From Paragordius varius (Eukaryota > Animalia > Nematomorpha): DNA of 64,000 nt. The translations under genes were made by a program, and so were the position numbers. Shown in pieces: positions 21,899 through 35,109 of the stretch. The notes beneath the pieces were generated by a model that saw only the letters and a list, made by a program, of their open reading frames with translations, was not told the origin of the DNA and searched no databases. Position 1 is the stretch's first letter, and every line of letters starts with the position of its first letter. The stretch is from the NCBI GenBank assembly GCA_964247055.1, contig OZ176054.1:11842001-11906000 (forward strand), in the 5' to 3' direction.

Positions 21899-24412
21899 AT
21901 TTACAGTAAAAATTGAAATTTGAAATTATACGGACAAAACGTGAAAATACAAAGATAAATATTTTTCTTTACTTGATTTCTTTTAAATACATTGTTTTCA
22001 ACTACAAAGTATAATATAGAAATGTAAATTGTCTTATGATTTACTGTTTTATTTTTGATTTCCAAAACGATTTAATCGAAGGTATTTGATATGTATGTAC
22101 ATGTATGTGTGCGTTTAAAAGAGATTTCGATTTTTTAATTTTATTATTCTGAAGGTATATAGTTATATGATCATGTTTACAGCGCACAAAATTAAATTTA
22201 GATATTAAAATAAATTTGAATATTTTGATATTCGCTTTAAGAAGCTAAATAATTAATGATTAGTTAGGATTTTAGACACAAAAATCTTTAGATCAGAATA
22301 CCTTTTCTAAAAAACGATGAGGAATTATTATTTTATTGTAAAAATAAAATATTTGTCTTATTTAAGCAATTGATATAAAATGGAAATGATTTAAATGTAT
22401 TCGTAAAATATATATGATTTTATATTTTTATGATATATAGATTTTTTTATATTAGTATTATGTTTATAGTCTAGGTTTTTTTTAAAAAGTTACTTGCAAG
22501 ATGATAAGATTATTTTTTATTTAGTATATTTTTATTATCATCCATATATCAAGTGAATGACGAATAGAGCATAATAATTATTAAAAATAATTAATTTTAA
22601 ATATCGAAATTATAATTCAGCAATAATTGAATTTAATTTTAAATTATATATTTTAGGTTACTACAATATCGAATATAAAACCAAAATTAAGATATTAACT
22701 AAAAATAAACTTACTAATTAAAAATGAAACTAAAAAAAACATTTTTAAAATAATATATTAGAAAAAATTTGTCATACTATTTATAATGTTAATATATCAT
22801 AACAATACTTTTTTTGCAGAATATTTTCTTAAATTAGCGAATATAATTTCTTGATTTTACATTTAGCAAAAGAGCCCATAAACGCAGATAATGGGATTCG
22901 CGTAAGTGATTTACCCACCCTCGGTAAGCTAAAACCGGCTTTTGTTCGACCCTATGGTACTGTTACGGCTGGAAATGCTTCATTTTTAACGGATGGAGCC
23001 AGTGCTGCCCTAATTACCACGGCTAAGAAAGCTAAGGACCTTGGACTAAAACCAAAAGCCTTTTTGAGGTAAGGAATTATTTTAATGTTTCGTTTTAAGT
23101 TTTGGAATTTTTTTCAAATATTTAGTTAAATACTACAGCCTAACGTTTTTTTACGGTAAAATAACCCCTTATTTATTAATTTTGGATTTTTTACAATGGC
23201 TCTGAAAACCAAGAGTTTTTTTACGGTAATCAATATTTTAAGTTCATTCGTCCAGTGTCTTTTTCCCGAAAATTTAATTACATAAAGATCGCTAAAAATC
23301 TGATTTACGGTAAACAATTCATATATTTTTAGTTTTATAATTGGATTTTTTTGCAAAACTTCTGAGTTTTCCCAGCGTTGTCAGTTGATGCTATGTTTTA
23401 AATGGATTAAGAAAAATAAGTTGTAATGAATGCTCACCACCATTATTTTAGGAGGAATAAATATAATATTATATATATTATATTATAAAATATAATTATT
23501 GTATGACTGATTTAGAACAGATTTACTGGTTACGTGTACATTGAATAAATGCGCGCTAATTTATATAATTACATAGTTTTTTTCTACCAAATATTTTTTA
23601 CGAAATACATAGAGATTTCTTGTACGTTTCCCAAGATCCTAAAGATCAATTATTGCTTAGTCCGGCATATGCAATCCCTCGACTCCTAGATCGAAATGGA
23701 TTGACCGTGGCTGATATTGAAGCATTTGAGATTCATGAAGCTTTTGCTGGACAAGTGTTGGCTAATCTCAGGGCTATGGATAGCGATTACTTTAATACGC
23801 ATTACATAAAACGACGGGCTGGAAAATTTGGTTTGAATGAAAATCAAAATTATTATATGTTTATTTTTTCGTTAATAATTAAAAAAAGGAGCAAATCTCG
23901 CGATATTTCCTTCATAAAATGTATAACAACAATTGTGAAATAAACAATATGCTATCAATTTACTTGTCTATTTCATATTTTACAGACCAAAACGATGGGT
24001 TATCTTATAAAGCGAATTTTAAAAAAATATTTCCCTTTTAGTTACGCTTTTCCATCATCATTGTCAGCCCAGGGTAGGCGAATGTTAAACCTATTATTCG
24101 CAACACTTGATATAATTTAAGTCCTTACACTTAAAAAAAAAGACTTTAGAACCTGTATTTTTTTACTTTTTTTATCAACTTACTTTCTATTGTGAAGGTG
24201 CAATCCCAATGGACAAAATTAATGTTTGGGGTGGTTCCCTGAGCCTAGGTCATCCATTTGCCGCAACCGGGGTCCGACTAGTTATAACGGCCGCTAATCG
24301 AATGTTAAACAATAAAGATTCGCCCCAAAATAAAACCGGTTTAGCTGTAGTCGCTGCGTGTGCCGCGGGTGGACAAGGACATGCAATGTTAATTGAACGA
24401 TACGCTCAATAA
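18591..24412 (+). CDS. HADHB: Mitochondrial trifunctional enzyme beta subunit (3-ketoacyl-CoA thiolase), 463 aa; exons 18591-18666, 18776-18899, 19218-19317, 19727-19814, 20112-20299, 21372-21552, 22867-23068, 23613-23830, 24198-24412
   Basis: Presequence ending FTRSFSA; VEGVRTPF; active-site MACISSNQA; [16 protein letters not shown]; [12 protein letters not shown]; HEAFAGQ; GHPFAATG; [12 protein letters not shown]. Exons sum to 1392 nt in frame. Confidence 0.96.
20330..20634. mobile_element. MITE family A copy in HADHB intron 5
   Basis: TACCATTTAC...TAATGGTATA termini with subterminal units. Confidence 0.9.
21083..21345. mobile_element. MITE family A copy (interior reversed) just upstream of HADHB exon 6
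   Basis: The interior is the reverse complement of that in the 20330 and 21570 copies. Confidence 0.85.
21570..21867. mobile_element. MITE family A copy just downstream of HADHB exon 6, abutting a (TA)n tract
   Basis: TATCATTTACAATTCAAATTCACCCTC...GAACTGTAAATGATATA. Confidence 0.9.
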
Positions 24413-25769
24413 ATACTTTTTGATTATTGGAAAAAACAAATTTTTGCGGTTTTAAAGGTGTGTTTGGGTTTTGGATATTGAATTGTGTTTTTTACACTTT
24501 ATTTGCTGCAAACTTACATTTTTTACTTTATTAATAGTTTGCTACAAACCATAAATTTATTAATTTTATGGACAATATTTTGATGATAGAAATAATAAAT
24601 TGATGTTATCTAAATATGGAATAAAAATTTAAATTTTAAAGAAAAAACTTATGAAAATAAGGGTAAAATATCTTATTACATGCATGAAAACAGCCATAAT
24701 CTTTTAAACTTTAATTTTTTTCATTAATCACACCTATGGAATTAGGTTGCGAATTAAGGAATAGAAATGTAAATTGTAAAAAAACTCAATTATTCATGTA
24801 ATTCATTTAGTTTATTTACTATACTAAGTTGAGAAAAATCGAACTATTTCGGCGTTCCACGGATTTGTTATATTATTACACCGAGCAATAATACTGAAAA
24901 ATAAGGGTTAAATTTGAATTATGTTTTAACTCATGCACACATTTAGTGTTTAAATTTCTGCCTTCAGGTTCACCATAAAGAAGTATTATAGTTGCTAGTA
25001 AATTAACCATAATATAAATCTATTTGTCTGTCATATTAGCGATTAGAAAAATAAAACAACAAAATGGCGGCGAAATAGTTAGAGATGAGGATTGTTTTTT
25101 AATTTTACGCTTTTAAAAAGCTGTAAATTATAAACTAAAAAACTTAAGTATGCAACTTGGTATTTCAGGTATATATTAAAATTACTTTTTACTATTCCCT
25201 CAAAAGTAGTGAAGTGCTGAAAGTATCATTTTAGGTCTAAAAGTATTTATAAAAAATGACAATATATTTGAACTTTTAACGGAACCTCTTAAGTTAAGGC
25301 TACACACAATCATCAAAATTAACTAACAATAGTTTGTTTCGTTCATCTTTAGCGATGCATTGAACCAGACTAGAGAATCCATAATTTTACATATATTTAT
25401 TAATTGTTGACAAACACAGTACGATATATACATAAAATTATGACTACATAAAATAATTGTTTTAACAATAGATAGTAATGATATGCAATTAAACTTTAAA
25501 TTACAAAATGTAATTAAGCATGTTAAAGGTCATCAAAATCTTCTGCATCTAAAATCCAACTGGGGCTAGCTTTTTCCCTTCCCTGTGGATTCATAGCTGT
25601 AGTGTGATATGTGTACCCCGAAGTATTATGTAAATCAATCCCTGCTTTTGAACATTTTCTAATTTCTTCGGCTGAAAGGTCCGGACAAAACAAATACTTT
25701 ACTTTCTAAATTATATATAAGTATAATTTAATATTATAAAGACAAAGCGCAAAATTAATAAAAGACAAA

Positions 25770-26325
25770 TATACCATTTGCACTTCAAGAGTGTCCTTGA
25801 ACACTTCAAGTTGGTCCTTGAACATTTCAGGATGGTCCTTGAACATTTCAATGGTTTTTAAAATTTTTAAATTTTGATTTAACCATAATTTTTGCATGTA
25901 TTTTTTTTATTATTTTTTAACCTAGTTTTCTTGATTTATTATATATTGTTTATTCATTTAACAATAAAAATTATTTAAACTATTTAATTTAACAAATTTA
26001 TTAACTTTTAAATGTTTTCAATCAATAATTGTATATAATAACCCAGAAAATTTATATATTAATTACATTATAAAATTTTATAAGTATCCAAATTAATTTT
26101 AAGAAATTATTAAAGATATACGGTTTTTCAATGATAAAAACTTAATATTGATTTAAAATTTATCATAAGTAATAAAAAACAGGTTAAAAACGATAAAATA
26201 GATGAATGATATACGATATGATTGATAAAAGTTAAAAACAAAACAAAAAAGTCAAAGGACCAACTTGAAATGTTCAAGGACCAACTTGAAGTGTTCAAGG
26301 ACACTCTTGAAGTGCAAATGGTATA
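25770..26325. mobile_element. MITE family B, full copy
   Basis: TIR TATACCATTTGCACTTCAAGAGTGTCCTTGAAC with 21-bp AAGTTGGTCCTTGAACA.TTC units; the interior matches 54774-55576 in opposite orientation. Confidence 0.9.
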
Positions 26326-27463
26326 TTTTAAAAGACACATCCTTATTTTTTTGATCCCTGATTTTATATATGTAATTGTCAATTATAATAGATATGTTAC
26401 CAATTTATGCCATGTTTTATGTGCCTTTTTTATTTTTATTGGAAGTTTTTAGTCAGTCTTATTACTACTGAAAAATTTAATTGATAAAAGTCTCATAATT
26501 TTGTTTTTTTGATAAAACTACACCATTTCAGAGGAGCCTGAAAATTTGTAACTTTTAAAGCCCACATTTTAAATTATAAAAATTATTGCTTTGCTTTTTA
26601 AATATAACATATGGTAAGCTCTAAGATATTTTTTAAAAAAAGCCTCTAGCCTGCAAATAATTTTCATTTTTCAATATCGAGCAATTATCACAAAAATGTT
26701 AATAATTTTCTTATATCCTTTAAAGGCCCAAAAGCACAATGAGAATACTGATACATTTATCTATCAGACTATATATATTTTATCAACATATTTTTTATAC
26801 ACCTCAAATGTGTGCAATGTCAAAGGTGATCATAAATTTGTTCTTGATCTATTTTTAGAAGACTATTTTATTTTTTCGGTTTAAATTTAGGGATAATGGA
26901 AAGAATTCTTAATAAAGTATTTGTCATGCGCAGTAAAAATGTTGGAACTATAGGTGAGGCTGCATTGTGGTTTTTTTATATATTTGTACCATGTTTACAG
27001 CTGAAAAATATTTTTTACAATCAATTTGTTTTGATAAAAAACACGACGGCATCAAACATTATTAGATATTAACAAATGGTCACCTTAAAAATGAAAATTT
27101 CATGTTTAATCGAATTATATTGGCGTCAAAAAAATATTGACTTTATCAATGCTTTATATTTTTCTTCATAATTTAATTTATCGCATATATTTTTTAATAT
27201 TTTTTATAAACTAATGCATATAAATTAAAGTGTTAATATATAAAAATATAATTTTTATAGAGTTAATGGAGATTTCTTATTAAAAATGTGTTATTTTATC
27301 TACATTAACAATGGTATTGCATAAAAACACAAAAATTCATTTGTTATTCACAGCAAAAAATAAAAGTTTCAAAAAATAATATCTTCACGAAAGCTGTTTG
27401 ACTTTATAAAATAGTGCGATCTGCAACTATTCAAAATTCAAAAATCTTATGTAATGATTTTAC

Positions 27464-30400
27464 TTGTCTAAAATTTGGGGCTGAAGTGCGAAACCATTTA
27501 TATATCGCATATCCTGGCACCCAAAGCATAGAGGAAAGGGCCATGATCCACCCCATTATATGAGCCCAGGTGGGATACTCGTAATCAATATATTTTACAG
27601 GGGTGTGTTTAATTAACCCAAATAAAAATACACCCTAAAAGGTAGAAAAAAAAACTATAGAGTTATTATATCAATAAATTCATTATTATACAAAATTTTA
27701 CATACAAACTTACAATACAGACGGCAGGCGTAAAGAACAGCCAACAATACTTGAAATATAACCATGGATAATAACCTATCATTTCGCGGATATCATTCCA
27801 AAATTTGTTTACACCTAGTAGGAAAAAAAATTAAATAATAGGCGTAAATTTCATCGAATGAAATGTTTTCAAACTACGGTAAAAGTCATATTATTAGTTA
27901 GGTATAAAGGGTGTTTCAATTTGTTAATATGGAAATTTATATAAATGTATAGGAATTTATTCATCAATAACAAAATAAAAAAGATAAATGACCATTAATA
28001 TGACTGTTTTCAATATTGAACATTTTAGAGTATATTTTATAATAAGTTAACTAAAGATTCCATAATATTCAAACAATGAGCCGTTCAGATTGAAATTTTT
28101 TTACTTTCATATAAGATTTAATATATCTGTAAAATAAACTATGTATTTAAAACTGGGCACATGGCATATTAAATTTTAGTTAAACTTTCGGGTGTAAAAC
28201 GTTTAAAGTGGATATATACTTAAAAACGAATTAGATGCGCAAATTAAGTCAATCAATTATATTATATGTTTTAGTTAATCAAAGGAGATAATTATAATAA
28301 TAAAATATACCATATGACCATGAAATAGCGACGCATTCAAAAAATATGAGCCAAAGTAAGCAAGTTCCACTGGCAGCATATCCATCCAATATTTGAAACA
28401 AATACATTCCACCCTAATAAGGAATATAAATATAGTTTAATTAAATTAAAAAAATTATCTTTAATCGCCTAAGAAAGATTTTGGAAAGATTTTTAAATAG
28501 TAATAAAAGAAATTTTTGCATACGTTTGTTATTGTAAGTAGGCCGATCAAATAACTTAGTACACAGACCACGGCTATAAACCATTCTTTGTATCGCCTTA
28601 GATTTGGCCATTCGTCCACACAAGCTGTTATGAAACCTTCTACTGTGCAAAACTGAAATAATACGGTAAAAATTGATATTATAAATGCAAAACGTTAAAA
28701 CCATAGTATTTTATCTTTAATATTTCTTATATAAATTATTTTATGACAATATTAAAATATATAATTGATTGTGGACTAATATGCATTTCTATACTTGGCA
28801 ATTTAAAACAATGACTTATATATTTAAAAACAAAGTTAAAAAGAACATCGGTCTATTGAAAAAAATATTTGGGTTCAAAACTGAAATAATACGGTAAAAA
28901 TTGAAATTAAACATACAAAACGTAAAAATATTTTTTTAATTTTAACCTTAATTTTTCTTAGATATTACTTAATCACTATTCGTAAAATATATATGGATTG
29001 TGTTATACATTTCTGTTTTATACTTGGCACATTAATACAATAAGTTATATATTTAAAAACAAGCTGAAAAAGTACATCGGACTTTTAAAAAATAATTTGT
29101 CTTTATATTTTTACGTTTTTTTCCGTATAATATCAATTTTTACTAAATATATATATGTATATATATATATATATATATATACATATACAATTAGATAGAC
29201 ATAAACTGTATATTTCCATAATTTTTAGAATATAATCAAAAATATTCACCTGGCTATCTAACCCAATCAAAAATAGCATGATAAAAAAGCAACAAGACCA
29301 AAGCGAAGAAATGGGTAATTCTGCGATAGCTGATGGATAGACCAAAAACGCCAATCCCGGACCTATATAAATGTAGCAATTTGTATAACAAAAAAGTCAT
29401 TTTATAAAATTTAATAGCTTGATAAAAATAGTTAGTGAAAGACTTAAATTTATTTATATTGAATCCGTTGGATATATTCAGTAGTTAATATATCCTTAAG
29501 CATGAGTGCAACAGTTTTAAAAAACAGTAATTTCTAAAAAGTAAAATTGTAAATTATTTAAAGCACGAATCCTTATAAAATAATATCAAATTTATTTGAT
29601 TCAACGATTTGTTAGATGAAAGAAACAGCATAAATAATCTATGATACCATCTTGAAATTAAATTTAAACATTAAAACATTAAATGAAATTGGTATTTCAT
29701 GTGGGTAGCATGCATTCATTGGCTTGCTTTTTCATTTACATCTTTTAAAATTTAAATAAACAAAATTGGTTATATTAATCCTTAGTCTTAAATATGTAAT
29801 AAAATATTTTTTGGTATTTTAATGTTAAATACCAGATGCGGCCACTTCGCCAACTGGTTTGCCCTGAGACACTGACATAAATCCAATGACGGAAAATATA
29901 ACTACCCCAGCTATTAGGCTTGTTCCACTGTTTATGCAACATATTAACAAAGAATCTCTAAAATATTATATTAATATTTTTTTACAATAAATAAAAATTG
30001 ATGTAGCCCATTATAAACGAATGTAAAAAAATTTTGATGCTATACTTAAATACATCGTTGTGCAGTTTATTGTAACTGCCCAAGGCTATCAAAGTTCCCA
30101 ATCCAAGCCCATATGAGAAAAATATTTGAGTTACTGCATCAGACCAAACCTAAATGGTTAAATATGAGTAAATCTATACTTATCGGTTTTCATAGAAATA
30201 AATGTGTGGTGGAGTCAAAATTTAGAATTAAAATTGTCAATTGTTAACCTCAAAAACACTATTATATCAAAATATATTCTTAACAGTTGATGATAATAAT
30301 AATCGTCTATTATCAAATAATTATTTATTCACTCAATTTAATAAAACAAGACCTGTGAATCTTTCAATCTTGACAAATCGGGTGTCAAATAATATTTCAG

Positions 30401-30666
30401 ACCGACTTTTGCACCGGGTAACGTCAAGCCACGAATCAATAAAATAGCCATGAAAAAGTATGGAGCAAGTGAGGTAAACCAAACAACCTATGGATAAAAA
30501 AAATCTTAAGGTGTAATTTTTTTGACAACTAATATAATAAAGCCTTTTACGAATATTAAAAAATGTATATCGTGGTTGTAATATTTCAAAAAAAATTTAA
30601 TTTAATATTGTTTACATGTTCAAAATGTCATATTTCAGAGATTTAAGCAAATATTTTATTATTTTG

Positions 30667-30699
<33 letters not shown>

Positions 30700-33600
30700 G
30701 GTTCTAAAACATTTATGTTTGAGTGACTTTTTATAAAATCATCATGAAAAGCTCATAATTGTATAATTGATATGATTTTTTGTGAAAAAAAGAATTTTAC
30801 CTTTCCTGTCCATTTAACACCTTTCCATATCGAAAAATAGCATACAATCCATGCAAATAATAAGGCGATTGCCAATTCCCATCTAACAATCCCAATGTTT
30901 TCAATGCCAGAACTTATTTGTAATACTCTTCGTCTGTGTTATCACAAAATATATAAACGTTTAATTTTACAAAGCATAAAATCCGATAGATTATTTTATA
31001 TTTGGAAATACCATTAGGGCCCCCTTAAAAAATCGCACGCAGTAGTGTAAAAATTTTAAGTAAACAGTCCAAACATAAAAACTGAAAGACAAATATTTTT
31101 TTCTCAAAAGAAACCCCATATATTTTTAAACTTTATTATTTTCCTATATAGAAAAGTAAGTAATTACAATTTCGATTTCATACTTTGAACAATGTGTTAT
31201 ATATAAAAAAATCAAAATTGAAAAAGTATATAGGATTATTTTAAAAAAAATATTTGTCTTCATGTTTTTATCTTTCGTCTGCATAATTTTAATATTAAAA
31301 AACGAAAGAAAATTCGTAAAACGAAATTGTTATGTGGTAATCAAAGACAAACACATAAAAAGCATTTTAAGAAAAATTCGTACTCCCAAAATTCTTTGAC
31401 GGGTGAATTAAATTTAGCAGCCGGGATCCACCGCGTAATTCCATACATCCTCGTAGCACATAATTCCAGCCGTGTATTCGTTGAAGGCGCTCGCCCATTA
31501 TCCATTGTTCTTAGGTAATCGGTGAAAGTTCTGTCTCCAGAGGCTAGGAGTCGACCTACTGTGGTACTTGTACAATTTAACAAGCGTTTATCATGATGTG
31601 TTAGGCAATAAGCCGAATTCCACCAATGCCCACACGCTTTCCAAGGCAGCTGTCGAGTTAGCGAGGCCACGAAATAGTAAACGGCATAACATAGGATTAC
31701 AATGTAATACACATTTAACCAACAAGACATTATGGCTGCAGCATACCCTACACCTTTTATCAAAAAAAGAGATTGTGAATGAATAGGTTTAGATATAGCG
31801 GTAATGATTTGATATGGAAAATTTAGTTTGTTTAAAATGGTGTTGTTTTACAGAAACAATTTGATATAAATAATCTTAAAATCCGGTCTTATTTTTTTTA
31901 TAGCCATATATAAAATCTTGTGTTTACCTTCTTAACTAACTCTTTACCTAAAAAGCCTTATGGGTTTAGATGGAAAAGATGTTTAATTTACCAATAAAAT
32001 TTGATTAATTATGTAAAATCATTCCAGATCTTACTAATTTATACAATTCAAACCTTTAAATATCGGACAAATTTTCCAAACACCCAAACCCCCAATCGAT
32101 AGGTATTGCCCCAGTGCGGTTTCCAAAAAGTACATTGGGATGCCACAAAAAAGTACAGCCATAAGGTAGGGTATAAGAAAAGCGCCTAAAACGAATAAAT
32201 AAATAGAAATCGATTTTTGTAAAGGATTGTTAATTTGTTTTAAAGGATAATATATGTTTAAAAAGTTAAAAAGCGAAAGGAAACTAGGTATCATATTTAC
32301 ATGACAATTCATATAAAAAATAATTTTCTACCTATTTGTTTGATTGGTTTGTTTTAAGGCGCCGGCGCACCTATTTAAATGTCGACACCAGAGAGAAAAG
32401 TATATTTGAAAGTATATTTATATTTTATAACTTTTTACTCATTATTTTTGATCTCACAAACATTACATGAAAATAACGACATATCTCCATATTATGTCAT
32501 TATTAAATATAAAAATAGCGTTTTCCGCTAATAGACATATATGGTTATTATTTGAAAATATTCAATTTTTCAAAGGACCCAAAAATATCTGCAAAGCCTA
32601 GTTTTTCATTAGGGGTTAGAAGTAAGCCGCAAAATACCCAGAAACCCTTTTTTAATACCAAACCTAATTTAAATATAGTCTAGAACAGGGGTAGTATAAC
32701 ACAAATGGCTTAGCGGGCGGAATTCAAAAAATTTGGCATTACGAATATTTTATTGGATTTAATTTATTTAATAATATTTGCTGGCCCAATGAAAAATTGG
32801 TTTGAAAATATTATTTGTACTTAAATTTCGTAATATTTTGCATTTAAAATTTCTGGCGAGCTGCGAAAATATTTAGAAGGGCCCCACTGCGGGCCGCGTA
32901 CTGGCCACCCCTTGTTTGGAATATAGTGCCATCCAAAATAACTGGTAGTAAATGTTTGAGACGCTATAGATTAAATATAAATTTTTTTAACAAAACCTAT
33001 AAACAATATAAAGATTTAATTATATCATTATAAATTTAACCAACAAATGTAAAAAGATATGCAAACTCACACTTTATATTTAATTTATCTTAAACGATTA
33101 AACAGGCATATCCCAAAATTTTATTCTATTACAATGATGACTGTTTAGGACGAACATTAAAATTGATTTCACTAATTGATGACATTTTGTTTATTATTAT
33201 AATACTATACAAATAAACTTTATGTTCGGTAAAATGGTATATATGGCCCTCATCAAAGAAAGATGAAACGATATATTTTATTTTTAGCGAGGTTTTTTGT
33301 AAAATCAAAATTGTATAAAAAATATATTTTATGCATCATAAATTTTTATGGATTTATCCATATTTGGTAACCAACAATTAATTAAAAATTAGGGAACATT
33401 TGAAAAGAAAAGAATAAAAGGATATAACCTTAAAGATTTTAATTTTTAGGATAGTATATATATATATATATGTATATATTTATATATATATATATAATAT
33501 AAAATATTTTTTATAGCTAATACAAAAGGTCACATATCGTTATTATAAAGATTACGCTTAAAAACCACAATCATATTTCATATTTTTTTATAAATTTTGA

Positions 33601-35109
33601 AGCATTTTCCTTTTTTAATTTAAGAAACACGTTTTTACAAAAAAATAAATAAACTATTTAAAACTATCCAAAGTCCATTCGTTTTAACTTAAAGTTTGCG
33701 TGTTGTTAATAAAAAATATTATTTCAACTTTAACTTAAAAAGTTTTTGACTTCATCAAATGACCCCATTTGACAAAAGATTTTTTATATATTCGTAAAAA
33801 AATTTCAGCTTAAATTTAACCAAGATCAGAGGTTATTTAACGTTTTAAACGTTAATTTAACCCATGTTGGAGTATGATATTTGGTATATGTGTTAAAAAA
33901 ATTTCTATTTAATTTCAAATTGATTAGCTAATAACTTAAAATTATATTTGAAAAACTTAAATAACAGTGGCATATAAACGGAGATTGTAAACAATTTAAT
34001 ATATTAAATAATTTTGAAAATGACACAAAATTAAACCGACTAACAATACTTTTTTAATATTAACACTAGATTGTGTAATGAAATTAACATTTTATACAGA
34101 ATACTTTAGTACTTACGTAAAAAATATTTTAAGCGTAATATTTACACCACATATCCTTAAAAATTTTAATTAACCCTTAACATTATTAAAATTGCCCTTG
34201 ATATTCGAATTCACCCTTAAACATTTCAAATTGCGCCTTAAATATTAAATTCAGCTCAATATTTTATCTTGGATAATGGGGTAAAAAACCCGCAACTGTC
34301 ATTTAGTGAATGAACCGGTTCATATAGAAATATCATATGACTCAAAACATAGGAAGAAAAAATTTGGATGAAAAATATTTAAAGGCTAATAAATTTTCAA
34401 AAAATAAAACTTGCTTCGGCTTATTTATGCTCATTTTCATAGGCGAATTACAGTAGTCTGCTATCCGCATATTCACATTGCTCTTAATATTTGTTTTTGG
34501 TATATTGTACCGTTTTTAGTCCAGATATAAATTTCTAACAAAAATTGATATTTAAAATTTACTATTAAAAAATAAATGCTTTTTTTTAATTGCGACATAT
34601 GTTAGCCGGTTAAATGACTCCGATTGAAGGTAAATTTTAAATGTAGGGTATATTAAAGAGATAAGAAATAATATATATATATAAAGAATAAACGACTAGG
34701 GACAAAAAAAGCCTGCTTATTTCCAATTGTATATAGTATATATATATATAAAACCGATTGTTTATTAAAATATATTTTGTATAATTTATTCTAGATTTGA
34801 TAAAAAAATGTTTAATATTAAGTGCCAAAAATATATACCTCCACCATTTTTGTAGCACAAATAAGGGAATCTCCAAACGTTACCCAAACCTATGCAAAGG
34901 CCAAGGCATGAGAATATAAAATCGAGCTTAGAATCCCATGTTTCTCGTTTTAGTAAAGAAGCTGATGATTTTGAAGTCCGTACAACACTGGTTGGTATGG
35001 GTTTTACCTTATCTAAAATGGTAACACTTTTACCATCAGACGCTATTGGATTAGCGGATTGCAATTTCGTTGCTGAGCGATTTATAGGATTTATTCCGAT
35101 CCCACTCAT
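27464..35109 (-). CDS. Gat: SLC6 sodium/chloride-dependent GABA transporter (invertebrate GAT type); exons 34839-35109, 32054-32185, 31384-31753, 30801-30933, 30353-30487, 30046-30149, 29833-29957, 29250-29362, 28524-28652, 28311-28413, 27714-27814, 27464-27634; final short exon not identified
   Basis: [89 protein letters not shown] and [14 protein letters not shown]. 629 codons in frame up to a GTAAAA donor at 27463. Confidence 0.93.
28890..29145. mobile_element. MITE family C copy with an adjacent truncated tandem duplicate (about 28650-28876)
   Basis: TACGGTAAAAATTGAAATTAAAC...CCGTATAATATCAATTTTTACT; caaaactgaaataatacggtaaaaattga occurs twice, about 228 bp apart. Confidence 0.75.
31040..31290. 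mobile_element. MITE family C copy in GAT intron
   Basis: cagtagtgtaaaaatt...aaagacaaatatt and aatatttgtctt...gtctgcataatttt form inverted ends. Confidence 0.6.
32686..32914. mobile_element. hAT-type MITE (CAGGGG...CCCCT termini); related copy at 60436-60656
   Basis: CAGGGG start, GCGGGCCGC subterminal motif, imperfect 8-bp flanks gtctagaa/gtttggaa, and acacaaatggctt.gcggg shared with the 60436 copy. Confidence 0.6.

Noticed and set aside
26700-27460. Candidates for the last GAT exon (e.g. IALFYKVKQLS-stop near 27385-27420; IKNKFMITFDIAHI-stop near 26805-26849)
   Set aside because: Several AGs are possible and none has recognisable homology, so it is left unassigned.
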